Source of the DNA: Hydrolagus affinis | Taxonomy: Eukaryota | Direction: 5' to 3' | Length of the DNA stretch: 64,000 nt | NCBI GenBank assembly: GCA_012026655.1 | Contig: JAAILG010001044.1 | Location: 1-64,000 of the forward strand | Shown here: positions 1 to 12,904 of the stretch, one piece after another | Numbering within the stretch: the stretch's first letter is position 1 | Layout: every line of letters begins with the position of its first letter | Notes under the pieces: generated by a model | Databases searched by the model: none | The model's input: the letters and a program-made list of their open reading frames with translations, nothing else | Told to the model about the DNA's origin: nothing | Program-made: the position numbers and the translations under genes

Positions 1-172
1 TGTTTCGGCAGCGCGGGGGGTAAGATAGTTGCGGAGCCTGGCAATATTGCGCAGGTGGAAATAAGCGGTGCCGGTCAAGGCACGGATGTGGGGGAGGAAG
101 GAGAGTTTTTGATCGAACATGATGCCGAGGTTCCTGATTGGCTTCGTGAGGTGGAGAGTGCAGCCTTGGGTA
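1..172 (-). mobile_element. L2-type LINE ORF2 fragment
   Basis: GC-rich segment whose minus strand resembles the L2 ORF2 region (RNLG.MFD motif from AGGAACCTCGGCATCATGTTCGATC). Confidence 0.65.
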
Positions 173-189
173 GATTACAATAGGCAGAT

Positions 190-311
190 GGGACCTCTGT
201 TTAATGTCCTATCAGAAAGCCTAGCCCATGAGCTCAAAGGGCCAAAATGGGGGCTTGAACCCACAACCTTTTGACTCAGAGGCTTGGTGCTATCAACTGA
301 GCCAGGCTGAG
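190..311 (-). mobile_element. Degenerate older tRNA-headed Deu-SINE (SacSINE1-like head)
   Basis: Minus strand tcagcctggctcagttgatagcacc...ctctgagtcaaaaggttgtgggttcaagccc carries pol III A and B boxes; similar head at about 48316. Confidence 0.6.
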
Positions 312-395
312 GCATTTAAACAAATAGTGAATTATTGTAGATATCATTCATTTCGGGATTTCACCCCCACTGGATTGCAATCTTCAACTTGGAAG

Positions 396-580
396 TAATA
401 ATAATAATAATCCTTGGCATTTGATATAACGCTTTTCATGTCTTCCAGACGTCTCAAAGCGCTTCACAGAATAATGCAGTGTGAAGTGAATTGATTGTAG
501 ATTTGTGGGCGAAAGGCGGCAGCCATTTTACGCACAGCAGAGTCCCCACAAACAGTTGTGAATTGTGTGACCAAATTATT
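396..580 (-). mobile_element. Main SINE family, 3' half
   Basis: (AAT)n-ccttggcatttgatataacgcttttca...gcggcagcca...cccacaaacag, shared with other copies. Confidence 0.9.
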
Positions 581-1407
581 ATTGGGGGTGGTGGGGGGGG
601 GGGGGGTGTTTGTTGGAGAAATTATTTTGGGAGGTACAGAAAGACCTCTGTGAATTTACCTAATAAAAGAGTCACATTTTATTAAAAAAATCTGTTTTCC
701 AACCTGTTAAAGCCCCAGAAACCTAAGGAGAGTAATGAGAAGCTCACATTGTAAGATGAACTCAGCTGGAACTCTGTTAAAACCCTGGTGACTTCAACTA
801 ACACTCTGTCCAGGAAGATAAACTTAAACAAACATTCCAAAGCTGGTTGATTTTTGCTACACTATTTTACATTCTTGTTCTGCCTACACAGTTTTTTTTC
901 CCCCTCACTGTTTTCCTAGCTTCCCCCTTGTTTCTCCGGGCTGACAAAATTCCTAAACACACATTTCAAGTCTTTAATAAAAAAACATCGAGAGGCTAGT
1001 TCAATCTCAGAAACAACATTAATTTATATGTTAAATTTCAAGCAGTGATAAGGTTTTTCTGTTTTTTTTTACAGAAAAGGAGTGGGTGGTGGTGGTGGGG
1101 GGGGGGGGGATGGGGGAGAGAAGGGGTTAACATGAATTTGACAAATTTCTCATGGTTAATCTTTCTGCAAACTGATTTTGGCTTCGTTTGTAACACTGTT
1201 TATAAACATATGCCACAGAGGACATCAGTCAGACTGAGTGAGTGCAGAGTAGTTACTCAAACAACCCATACTATCACCATTGGTAGTCACTTCCTAATTT
1301 GTCATCTTCTCTCGTTTTTTTTCACAAAGCTAAAACGTCAATTAACTGACGGGTGAACACACAACTAGAATTTTTAACAACATAAGCTTTTCACATTTCA
1401 GTATAAT

Positions 1408-1755
1408 GTGGAGCTCCTGTAGCTCAGTGGTTAGAGCACTCGCCTTACAAGCGTGTGAGACCTGTGTTCGAATCCAGGCAGATCAGGGCAAAACCTTGGG
1501 CAAGTTTCCTTACTCCACACACACATACACACACACATGCCTAATAATAATCCGTCCAAAAAAAACCACAATATTAAAAAAAATTGGTCATTTTCAATCC
1601 ACAATTGTTTGCGGGGACACTGCTGTGCGCAATTGGCTGCAGCGTTTCGCCCACAAATATATAGTCAATTCACTTCACAGTATATTCTGTGAAGCGCTTT
1701 GAGACGTCAACACGATATGAACAGTGCTATATCAAATGCAAAGAATTATTGTTAT
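1408..1755 (+). mobile_element. Full-length tRNA-derived SINE (main family, about 330-350 bp)
   Basis: Head gtggagctcctgtagctcagtggttagagc (A box)...gttcgaatcc (B box) with a TAC anticodon-like loop; Deu-like core gctgtgcgcaattggctgc; tail atcaaatgcaa..attatt. Confidence 0.95.
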
Positions 1756-2830
1756 AACTCTAACATCGTGAACCATGAAGATAATTTGCCTGTTGGTCCA
1801 CCAGCACACGGTAGATTTCCTCGGGGTTACCATTATTTGAGAGGATTTACTATTGGAAGACTGTTGGACAAAGTGGGGCTTTTGGGTGCGCTTAAAACAC
1901 AGGGAATAAACAAAAGTATTCAAGCCAGAGGCGGCTCAGTGTTTCACATTTTCTTTTGGAGAGTATCTAGACGACTGACAGCTTGACCGAAAACATTTCG
2001 ACGCCCAAAGTTGGGTGGCAGATTTGAAGTTAAAACCTTTGCATCGAAGTAAAGCTATTTGACCCTCTGCGAGGCAGTTGACATTTTTCGGCCCAGGGTT
2101 GAAGCTGTCATCACAAGGCTAAAAGGGCCTTATCTTTACACAGGCTTCACTTCTAACAATTTTGTTTGTGTAATTAGCCAATCTACTGAGAACCCGATTC
2201 AGTATGGAGACAAACGATTGGATCTGATTGAAATACGTATAATGTTTAACTATATCTATATCAAAATGTCTCAAAGTGCTTCACAGGTAATTGCTGTCCA
2301 AAGTAGTGGCTGCATTTGGTTAAGAAAAAGTAACACTTAGTTTATGCACAGCATGAATTAAGACAGACTTAGCATCTGAATGTTACTGTTTGACAAGAAA
2401 AGCTATTTGATAAAGTACTAAGTAACTCGTTAAGTAACGGGTATCAGCAAATATCAGCGAACAATGGGAATTAGCCACGTTTGAATTTAGATTAATTTAG
2501 CCTTCTAAAGTCTGGATGTCCAGCTGGAAGATTGTGACCTTAGCCTGGCTCCATTACGCACATTGGGAGGGCAGCTCTTTGCATTAGGATTATTGCACAT
2601 GTGCACAAATCCAAGAAAATAGTTTGCAGAGAATATGTACTTTTGCTCTAATGCGGCAATCACGCACTTAAAACAGGTGGTCGTGTTTGACCACTGAGGT
2701 AAGTGGAAAAGTTACATTCCTCGGAGGCACAGGCACAGATACCCACTATTTCATTCAAACTCAGAAGTAGAAGATGTGTTTCATAATCTTTTATGAAAAG
2801 TGAGCATGTTCGACAGTTAGCAATTATTTT

Positions 2831-3160
2831 AATAATAATCCTTGCATTTGATAGAGCACTTTTCATGTCTTCTAGAGTCTGAAAGCGCTTCAACAGAATA
2901 CACTGTGAAGTGAATTGACTGTATATTTTGTGGGTGAAACGCGGCAGCCAATTGCGCACAGCAGCGTCCACCACAAACAGTCGTGGATTGAAATGACTAA
3001 TTTTTATTATTGTGTTTTTTTTTGGACGGATTATTATTATCAGGCATGTGGAGTAAGGAAACTTGCCCAAGGTTTTGCCCTGATCTGCCTGAATTCGAAC
3101 ACAGGTCTCACGCTTGCTTGTAAGGTGAGTGCTTTAACCACTGAGCTAAAGGAGCTCCGC
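2831..3160 (-). mobile_element. Full-length SINE (main family)
   Basis: Reverse complement of the 1408-1755 element along its whole length. Confidence 0.95.
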
Positions 3161-4254
3161 GTTGCCAAAGGAGGCGGAGAAATATTTTATACTTCCATTG
3201 TTTTGTGAAGATGCGAATGGTGAACTAAGGTATCAATCATCTTGAGAGATACCAACCCCATGAAGTCACACGTCTTTCCGGGCCACTGTTGGGCCTCTTA
3301 ATGATCTATTCAGAAGCGAGCTGCATTTCCCCAGCGCTCTTGAGAGCAAATTGCCCGAGTTCCTGCAACGCTGGAAATTGTAAACCTTTCAAGGTTAGCA
3401 AAGGATTGAAAGCCATCCACGAGGCTTGATTCAGGGGTTGGGCATCAGATGAGTAAAAAGTCAAAGGTTCGGTAAGGTAACGGTTAGTGCCATCTAGGCT
3501 TGGTATTCTGTAGTAAAGTGCAAGATTGCCATGTCCTTGAAGAAAACACCACTGGCTTCCAAACTATCCAATGCACTGCACTGTGTGAAACGATAGCGAT
3601 ATGAAACATACATTTCAAAAAGAAGACCTACTGATCTCAACCTTAAAGGTTCGCATGAAAGACTTGATGAGGGCATGGAGTACTAGGTTAAGGCGCCACT
3701 GGGGAACCACTGCGTGCTTGGGTCTAGAGAGCAGCGTCAGTGTGAAAAACATTACAATGAGATTACATTAAACGGCCCGGATTTCAAGGCATGCACGCAA
3801 CGTACAGAGAGAGGAAGAACACTTGCCATACAGAGAGCGAGAAGAGAATTCAAGAGCGATGATTGATACTGCTTAAGAAATTCCCAAATCCTGCAATATA
3901 GGAACAGCCGGCTACTCAAACTCTGTCCAAAATATTTTCTCTTAGATCTGGGTAATTATACACCTCTACGTAACCTGGCAATAGAAAAAAGTATACTAAA
4001 TGATACAGGAACAGATAGACTACCCATAAGAACCGAAGAAACAAAGCTATTTCTGTATATCCAACTGCCCTCCACGTATGTTGGAAGAATTACGTATGTA
4101 GAATTTAACTAGAGCAAGGACAAGACAGCATGAGAAATGCAGAGGAGGTTGAGCTCAAACTTAGACAGAGAAAATAAATTGGAGGTTAGTGGAATAAATA
4201 CGAAAAACATCTTGATAAATTGATTATTTTCTTAGCCGCAAAGTGCATCGCTCC

Positions 4255-4457
4255 CTCTCTTGTCTCCTTCAAGGCACACCATAAAGGCCCTCCTCTTCAA
4301 CCATGCCTTCGGTCAGCCTCCTACCCCTTCCCCTCCCTGCCCTCCGCCCCTCCTGATTCCAACCCCAGTTCAGATCCAACCGTTTGACTGTCCAACGCCT
4401 TGACTGTCCAACGCCCAAAGTGAAAGGCGTTGTGTAAACGTCATCTGTTGTTGTTGT
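4255..4457 (+). mobile_element. L2 LINE 3' end
   Basis: ccttcaagg...cctcctcttcaaccatgccttcgg, pyrimidine-rich 3'UTR, then gtgaaaggcg...(gtt)n tail; homologous to 6820-7075 and 59760-60010. Confidence 0.8.
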
Positions 4458-5221
4458 ATGGTAACCATGCCATGTGTGCACAGTAGTTAGATATCGAGGG
4501 AGGATGGACAAATGGATGAAATATTTTTTGTTCAGCTTGAATCTGCCGATTCCAGCTTTGCCTTCTTAGTGATTAATTAACCATAGTCCACATCTGCTCA
4601 GTTTTGACTTTAGCCGTTCACTTTCTGCGCATCATACGGATGAAAGGTTCACGGAGCAGCCTTTCGGAAAGATTGGCAGTCATTTGAAGACCGATGGACG
4701 CTACAGGGGGAAAGGGCGATATCAAGGGCTTTCCTGTGTCAGCAGTAATGGAGAGCTCAGCCTTCAAGTTCTGTGAATGAGTAACGGTCAAAGGTTGCAA
4801 ATTGGCGTAATACCTCAATCCAGAAATTCCTCAGGTGGATAGGCATTTAGAAGCAGAAATCACAAAGGGATATACTGTAAAAGCAAGAGTAGCTTTGTAG
4901 TAAGACCCACAAGGTAGATAAGTCTTTGACCAATATGCAACTACCTTGAAAATTATCCCTCAAGCTATTGGACGTTTTATATGTGTTCAGATACCAACAG
5001 GGAAATGCTATAATGAAACTCTACCCATGTTCACCTAGAGTTAATAGTCCTTCTTTTTGTCTTCCTGGAGGCTACCCTCCAGTGGGATGTTAACTGGCAA
5101 AATGGTTGCCAAATCTTAAAAGATAGACGCGATTCGAAAATTCAGGTTAGAATTGGATTTAGATTCAAGAAAGGCTATACAGTACTTTTGAGTCTTTTGG
5201 TGGTTGTAGTGGCACTCAAAC

Positions 5222-5443
5222 ACTAATAAAAATTGTTCATTTTCAATCCACGGCTGTTTGTGGGGGACACTGCTGTGAGCAATTGGCTGCTGCGTTTTGC
5301 CAACAAATATACAGTCAATTCACTTTACAGTATATCCTGTGAAGCGCTTTGAGACGTCGATAAGATGTGAAAACCGCTATATCAAATGCCAGGATTATTA
5401 TTATTACTATAGAAAAGGGAAGGATGATTATTATTATTATTAT
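5222..5443 (+). mobile_element. Main SINE, 5'-truncated
   Basis: Core and tail motifs with (ATT)n; tail end partly duplicated. Confidence 0.9.
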
Positions 5444-5664
5444 AGCAGCAACTGCAGAAATGCTTCTCTCTCAAGTGGTATTTCCATTCTGGAAGAGCAA
5501 ACTAATAAAATATAGGGAAAAAACATCATCAAAGTTATTCCAAAGCAAAGAAAATCTGTTACTTTCCACTGCTTTGACGTTTTATTTCAGTTCACCTATT
5601 TAAGTTGCAAGCTTTTCTCAACAAAAAATGAATTACCAAATGAACGCTTGAAGTTGTCGTGTTC

Positions 5665-5762
5665 TAATAGTAATGCTTGCACTTGATATAATGCCTCATC
5701 ACATCTTCAAGACATCTCAAAGTGCTTCACAGTATGTACTGTAAAGTGAATTAACTGTATAT
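5665..5762 (-). mobile_element. Main SINE 3' fragment
   Basis: cttgcacttgatata...tctcaaagtgcttcacag...gtgaattaactgtat. Confidence 0.8.
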
Positions 5763-5871
5763 TAAATGCAAACCCATCCATGAATTATGACTACATAAGG
5801 TTTTCTTCACCCAATCTGATATTTACTCCTTTTTCTGTTCTATTTACATGTGAGTGTTCTATCTGTACCAA

Positions 5872-6035
5872 TGTCTTCACACGGACATTCCTAGCAGGGG
5901 TTGGTTGATGCCCATTCATTACAGTGTAAATTCCGGATGATTTTCCCCTCCCTAATGTAGGATATTGTCACCAATTATGGTTCCTCACTAACAGCAACTA
6001 ACTCTACAAGTGCTGGGGATTGAACCCAAGAGTTG
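5872..6035 (-). mobile_element. Degenerate second SINE family
   Basis: Minus strand has a B box gggttcaatcccc followed by gagttag...agggaggggaaaatca; related segment at 62920-63155. Confidence 0.45.
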
Positions 6036-6118
6036 TTAGGCTCAGCTACTCACTGAATTAACTTGTCAAGGCTTTTGGAACTGTCTTTTGTTCCTTTGGG
6101 ATGTTCATCTACATATAG

Positions 6119-6500
6119 ATAATAATAATAATCAATAATAATAATCCTTGCATTTGATATAGTCCCAACCTGACCGTTTGGCGCATTGGGACGTCCTCCC
6201 GACGTGAAAGGCGCTCTACAAACCCTTTCACACCTTCTAGACGTCTCAAAGCGCTTCACAGAATATACTGTAAAGTGAATTGACTGTATATTGTGGGCGA
6301 AACGCGGCAGCCAATTGCGTATAATAATCCAATGGATTGTTGATCGTCCTTGCAGTTTGATGCAGTGTTTATCATGTCTTCGGAACGCCTCAAAGTGCTT
6401 CACAGACTGTGCTGTGAAGTGAATTGACGGTATGCCTTATGGGCGAAACGCAACAGCCGATTGCGAAAAGCAGTGTTCCCACAAACAGCCGTGGATTGAA
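6119..6500 (-). mobile_element. Two stacked main-SINE 3' halves with a nested opposite-strand L2 tail (6163-6225)
   Basis: SINE tail interrupted by cccaacctgaccgtttggcgcattgggacgtcctcccgacgtgaaaggcgctctacaaa; a second SINE half begins at about 6345. Confidence 0.85.
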
Positions 6501-6819
6501 GGAAGCGTGAGGACATTGTGATTTTTTTTATATGAGGATCACGGAACATTGTAAATGTGTAGCTGTTCTGTTAAGGAATCGATAAATCTAAACACAGGCA
6601 AGTTCAGAAAACACCTAGAGTAAAGTAAAAATAAACGTTCACAGTCTAACCTGTTCAACAGGGTATTATTTTGAAGCACCGTCTGGCGTGGAGGGCACTA
6701 TATAAATCCAAGTTGTTGTTGAGTATCTATGGGACAGATATCATATCTGCCTCTTCAAGTGATCTAGAGAGAGACAGGGCCACCTGTAGCTTTCCTTCAG
6801 CAAACACAACTCCCTGCAT

Positions 6820-7075
6820 CTCATCAGTGATGGAACTCCATCCCAGTCCCTTCGCCTCAGTCCCTCCCTCGCCTCCTTCAAGGCCGGTCTCAAGACTCTC
6901 CTCTTTGATCGTGCCTTCTGCTGCCCTCCCAACTCTCTCCCTCCCCTCCTAACTCTCCCCCGTCCCTCATCCCTACCCTGCCACTCTCCCTTGCTCAGGT
7001 CCCAACCTGACTGTTTAGCGCCTTGGGACATCCTCCTGACATGAAAGGCGCTCCATGAATATAATTTTGTTGTTG
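6820..7075 (+). mobile_element. L2 LINE 3' end
   Basis: tggaactccatccc...ccttcaaggccggtctcaagactctcctctttga (WNSIP...FK..LKTLLF-like), then 3'UTR and (gtt)n tail. Confidence 0.85.
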
Positions 7076-7438
7076 AGTTCTGACGAAATGTTGACTCACT
7101 TTCCCTTTCTCTATAGACACTGCCTGACTTCCTGAGTATTCCCAGAAGTTTCTATTTTTGTTTTATTCTCATTACATTGTCGTGTGAATTAGCAGCCGCG
7201 GATATTTTTATAGAGGTTTATTATAGTAGACGCTCTCATCCTTCAAAGAAAGGAAGAACTCGGGATCAACAACAACACAGCAAGCAAGAACACACAAAAT
7301 ATGACAAGTCCAAAAGTCCCTCAGTCAAACTGAGACTACGGTACTTGAAACGCAAGTTTTTTTAGCCTGATTCTGAAAATGATTACTTTATGCCAATTCT
7401 TTAATTGTCCAATCCAATTTCCCTGCCTGTTCTACAGA

Positions 7439-7773
7439 TAATAATAAGAGTAAGAATTCTTGCATTTGATATAGCACTTTTCACATCTTATCGACCTCTC
7501 AAAGCCATTCACAGAATATACTGTAGAGTGAATCGACTGTACATTTGTGGGTGAAACGCGGCAGCCAGTTATGCACGGCAGCGTCCCCACAAACGGTCGT
7601 GGGTTGAGATGACCAATTTTATAATTGTGTTTTTTTGGGGGACGGATTATCATTAGGCACGTGTGTGGAGTAAGGAAACTTGCCCAAGGTATCGATCTGA
7701 CCTGGCTGGATTTGAAACGCAGGTCTCACGCTTGTAAGGCGAGCGCTCTAACCACTGAGCTACAGGACTCCAC
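7439..7773 (-). mobile_element. Full-length SINE (main family)
   Basis: Complete head-core-tail match to other copies. Confidence 0.95.
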
Positions 7774-9540
7774 AGGATAGCTTGCTTCTCAGGTATCTAT
7801 CTATTTCCCACTTTGAATACTGCATCTGAATGTACATTCATGGTGTTTTGAGGGAGCGCTTGTGAACCCAGAAAAAAATTAGGGATCAGTCAGTATATTA
7901 CGAGGTTCACGCCAATTTGACACACATTGGCATCAGTGAGAAATCATCTCAAGGTTTTGTGTGGGATGTGATGCACATGCAGTTTTGACTGTAGCTCATA
8001 CAAAGTAAATTTTTAAATTCACTTTTTATATTGAACGCCTAGGAATTCATCCAGTTGGTTTAGAGGGAGGAAGGAAAACAACGTAGTGGGTGGGAAGAGG
8101 AGATTTTACAGTGGGCTTTGGCTGCCTGTATGTGTTTTATATCAAATGGGCTTGACAGTTTTCAATCCAGTTTGCAATGGGAGTAGGGTCACAGTGGAAA
8201 AAGCAATGGTTGTGGAGAAGAAATTCAGAGAAGTATTTTGCTTAAAATCAATGCAGACTTTTGTTTGATTTGGAGGCTTTTTTTTAGGGGGAATGAGATT
8301 CGCCAGAAAATTGCTATTTGAGGTTTACATGATATAACTGCCTTTGAAGCAGACAGCCGCTTGTGACAGGAAGATAGGATTTTATAGGCGTTCTGACACC
8401 CGCCTTTATTCACAGCATTGTACAGTAATTTGTCTAATTTTGAATATCCCAAGTTAGATATATTCACAGAGTATCATTCTTCATTGTGGTTGTACGACAA
8501 ACTGCTTGTGTACTTTGGCAAATCGGGACTCGGTTTTGTTTGCGGACTTCAAGAAAAAAGAATCTTTTATGTCACCCCATACGCCGAGACGAGCGAAAAA
8601 GGTTTCACTCGGTCGTTTTAGTTTAGAAGGATCTGGTATTTTATGGCACACATTATTTCACTGGGATAGGAATCCAAAGTACACGTCTTATCACTGTGAC
8701 TTTGACGAGATGTATAGTTTTAATTTGCATTCCACTCGAATCCTCATCAATTTGTGATCTAGAGTCTTGAATCCCGTTATCCTTAAATAAATCCGAAATG
8801 ATACCTTTCGCATGTCCAAAGTCTAAATTCTGTGTAACTAGCTTAATGTTTTGATGTTCCCCAAACTACACATTGCAGGCAATTTGCATTAGCAACGTTC
8901 CATTTAATGCTCCCAGCTGCATTTTCCTATAAAATTATATTAGCCCCATCCACCAATTAATGTTATTTACATTAACAGCAATATAAAACTGAAGTGCCAC
9001 GTAAAATTTAACACTCGACGGGCCATGTGTGATTAGTACAAGTACTATTCCTTACAAGCACAAAGGTATTTATTGTTTACACTAATTCATGTGTAAATGC
9101 AACGCTACCTTTAAGATATAGAAACAAAATTCATCTTTCAACAGGAAAAAATGGCCACCCATCAGATAACTGACTGTAGCAAGTGGAACATACCACACAA
9201 ATACAGTTAAGATAATGCGTTGGGGGCGCTATATCAAATGTAAGATTATTATTATATATATATATACATCCACACACACACTTCTTGGTACAAATATAAA
9301 CTGCGTAGCTGAAAGCTTAAACTAGTTCTCTTGAATGCAATCTACTTGTCAATGATCAGTTTGCTGTTGTGAGATGAATGTGTTCACGACAATATTCCAT
9401 AAGAAACAAATGACTACTTTCTGTGGTCAGCTGTCCACACATCGATACCCTTTGTGTAACCGGTAATCAATGTTGTCCTTGTTCCTGACACCACAAATAA
9501 ACCTCTTTCTGTACGTTGTAGAATTCGTACGAATATGTTG

Positions 9541-9765
9541 CAATAATAATAATAATAATCCCTTGCATTTGATACAGCGCTTTTCACGTCTTTCTAGATG
9601 TCTCAAAGCGTTTCACAGAATATACTGGAAAGTGAATTGACTGTATATTTGTGGACGAAACGCGGCAGCCAACTGCACACAGCAGCGTCCCCCACAAACA
9701 GTCGTGGGTTGAAATGACCAAATTATTATAGGGGTTTTTTGGGACAGATTATTGTCAGGTGTTAT
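9541..9765 (-). mobile_element. Main SINE, 5'-truncated
   Basis: Tail plus Deu-like core. Confidence 0.9.
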
Positions 9766-9949
9766 TATCAGCTACAAAGGTAGTTTTGGCCTCCGTGTGA
9801 ACAGCTCCAGAGTAAAAGTCTTGGTTCCCTGGTCTAAAAACTCCCATCTCTGTAATTCAATAGACATGTAAAACCCATTGTCAGGATGGTGGGAGGCAAA
9901 CTAGATCTTGGTCTTCTACAATTTTTATGTGCTTAACTGATAATATTAA

Positions 9950-10132
9950 TAACATTAATAATCCCTGCATTTGATGATCAATTTATTATTGTTGTTTTAG
10001 AGGGATTGCTGTCAGGTGTGTGTGTGTGTGTGTGTGTGGAGTAAAGAAACTTGCCCAAGGTTTCGCCCTGTTTGGAATCGAACCCAGGTCTCTCTCTCGC
10101 TTGCTCTAACCACTGAGCTACAAAGCTCCACA
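9950..10132 (-). mobile_element. Main SINE with internal deletion and (GT)n expansion
   Basis: Tail joined directly to the 5' linker and head; core missing. Confidence 0.85.
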
Positions 10133-11004
10133 AACGATGAGCGCTTCTGGAACTCAACAATTAAAACGGCGTCTGTTGGAAAGGCTTCAGGTTTACAAAG
10201 AGAGGTAAACAATCTGACCGACCACATCTTTGTGGATGTGTTGTACGTTTTGCTACACACAGACACAATCACACACACTCACACACACACACAGACACAA
10301 TCACACCCACAGCTCATCATCTAAACAAGGATGGGCAGTGGCTCAAATGAGTATTAATATGATCAGTTAAAACAGGTAACTTCGGAAACCTCCAGGGTGT
10401 ATATATATATATAATATATATATATAAAAACGTCCATCTTTTGCCAGTGCTTGCTTGAGACCTGAAGCAGCTGAATTCTCTGTTGACTTCCCTGAAGACT
10501 AACTGCAAAATAGGCATCTTTTAAGATCTGTGGTCACTAAGCTCAGCCCCTGGCACAATAATTCAAGAAGAGTAGGAGTGAGGAGAGGCCACCTTGAAAT
10601 TCTTACCTTGAAATCCTCCTTTCAAGGAACTCATTTCGCTTTTTTTTAAGATCTGGGATGGATCTGAAAGCTATTTTGTTTTTCTAAATGAATTCGACAG
10701 AGCCTTTGAAATATATGTTTTGTTTTCTGATTTTATTAGAACCTCCTTAGACACGGGAACATAAAGTTCGATGTTGTATCGAACAGAGAAGTTAAGAATC
10801 ATCTCGATCGAGGCTAAGAAAATAATAGCCGAAGAGGAGTATTGGTGATTTTTCTGAGCTGCAGAGGATGCAGCAAACTAGTCAATTTTTTCCATTTATT
10901 ATTCAAGGTATATATTGCAATACTGTATATACTTTTATATGTATTGTAGAATATTATAATATAATAGTAATATAATAATAATATAATTGTCAAAACAAAC
11001 TACA

Positions 11005-11192
11005 ATATATTGGTCATTTCAATTCACGACTGTTTGTGGGGACACTGCTGTCCGCAATTGGCTGCAGCGTTTCGCTCACATATTTACAGTCAATTCCCTT
11101 TATAGTATATATTCTGTGAAACGCTTTGAGACGTCTAGAAGATGTGAAAAGCGCTATATCCAATGCAAGGATTATTATTATTTATTATTATT
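11005..11192 (+). mobile_element. Main SINE, 5'-truncated
   Basis: Core plus (ATT)n tail. Confidence 0.9.
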
Positions 11193-11524
11193 ACCTCGAA
11201 TGGAGTTGGAATTTTATCACGCACCGAAGAATATATACTTGATGTCCTACTCGATTGGGTACAAGGATATCCTGCATTTGAGTTTACGCTGGATCAATTT
11301 TATTTGATTGATTTTCCTGGTGGGTGACTGAATCCTTTTTCAAATGGCATTTGTGATAAAAGACCCACGTGGAATAAAATTACGAATGGAAAAAAGGGGA
11401 CTCCATCTCAGATACATCGGCGCGCGTGTGTGGGGGAAGGGGTGAGATCACAGCAGATCTTGAAGCAGTAAAATGATCTTGAATGCGTTGGAGAACACAC
11501 AAACAAACAATCAAAATTACACGG

Positions 11525-11662
11525 AGCAGGCCAGAGGTCGCAGAGGTAGGGTGGGACAAGGCGTGGAGGGCTTTGAATATGAGGACCAGGATCTCGAATT
11601 GAATCCTCTGGGTGATGGGGAGCCAATAGAGTCGGGCGAGAATGGGGGAGATGGGGTAACGG
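11525..11662 (-). mobile_element. L2 LINE ORF2 C-terminal fragment
   Basis: Translates to PISPILARLYWLPITQRIQFEILVLIFKALH, the typical L2 'HITPVL..LHWLP...RI.FKIL.L.FKAL' motif. Confidence 0.85.
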
Positions 11663-11825
11663 AGCAATTATTTTTCTTGTGGAGAAGCCAAGATTAGGAA
11701 CAAGTAGGAAATTGACTTCTCACTGAAGAAAATAATTTTAAAATAGCCTTGTGAAGTACTGCTATTAAAGGAGATGGCATTGAAATTGTATTCAAAAGGT
11801 TTCCTTCCACCTTAATACTACCACT

Positions 11826-12003
11826 ACTAATAATAATAATCCTTGCATTTTGATATAGCACTTTTCATGTCTTCTAGACGTGTCAAAGCGCTTCACATAA
11901 TGTACTGTAAAGGGAATTGACTGTATATTTGTGGGCGAAACACGGCAGCCAATTGCGCGCAGCAGCGTCCCCCACAAACAGTCGTGGATTGAAATGGACA
12001 ATT
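11826..12003 (-). mobile_element. Main SINE, 5'-truncated
   Basis: Tail plus core. Confidence 0.9.
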
Positions 12004-12904
12004 TATCATCCATTGTACACAAGGCAGAGATTTCCCTTGAATGTGGGCCAATGCAATTTTGGAGCGGGAAATATAAATTAAGACTTCTTTCTCCTGAAAT
12101 CCCTTGAAACACTTCCAGCAACAGAAACAGGCATAAAAGAGGGAAGACATCCTGGAGATTTTCCATTGACTTGGATATCTTACCATGGTAATGCACAGAA
12201 TTTAATAAAAGATTAGATTACCGGACTATTCAAGCACTACAGTGGATGAGTGTACAAAACTACATTTGTTTGCAGCAATTTGTAACACAATACTTTACAG
12301 AGTACAATTTTGTGGTTGGGACTTTCAATGAATAATATCCAGGGATTGTAAAGCATCAGTAAATATATATATATATCTATGTAATATATATTATATACAC
12401 ACACACACACACACACAATGCAAGCCTTCGAAAGAACAGATTTTGCAGAACTAAACCTAAATAACAGTAAGGCTGACTCTTAATGAACAGAAACATCAAG
12501 AGCGCAACAAATGAGGTGACTTCTGGTTTTAAAAATAAACTGAATATGTTCATATAACATTTATAAGCTGCACTTTCGTGCATATGAAGTTTTAAAGAGC
12601 AAGTTTCACCATTAGTGCCCCTTGATTTACCAGTTACTGAGCCAAAAGCGTGAATGAGCTGAATTAGTATGTAGTCATTAACTCGGTGTGCTTCAGTAAC
12701 CAAGTAATTTCAACTGTGTATGCTAATTTAGCTCCCTCACAGGGCTGAGCTCAATATCTGCTTTAAGTTGGTTCATCTGACAATGTCTCAGTATTCATGA
12801 TTTAAACTAAGAAATACCCTACAAAATTCCCAAAGCGTTTTTTTTAGAGAAAGTAAAGGTTATCAATGGCAACAACCACCAATGTAAATAATGTTAATAA
12901 ACCT

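Noticed and set aside
584-1125. G-runs with G-quadruplex potential (also C-runs at about 22646 and 23870)
   Set aside because: Common homopolymer tracts with no supporting context.
1408-1490. tRNA-Val(TAC)-like sequence with A and B boxes
   Set aside because: It is the head of a SINE repeated many times in the window, runs on into core and tail, and lacks a proper acceptor stem and terminator.
4384-4415. Exact 16-bp tandem duplication ttgactgtccaacgcc x2
   Set aside because: Lies in a dead L2 3'UTR; ordinary slippage, not an array or CRISPR.
3730-5200. Purine-rich stretch resembling a decayed retroelement ORF
   Set aside because: Multiple stops and no recognisable domain; cannot be assigned without a database search.
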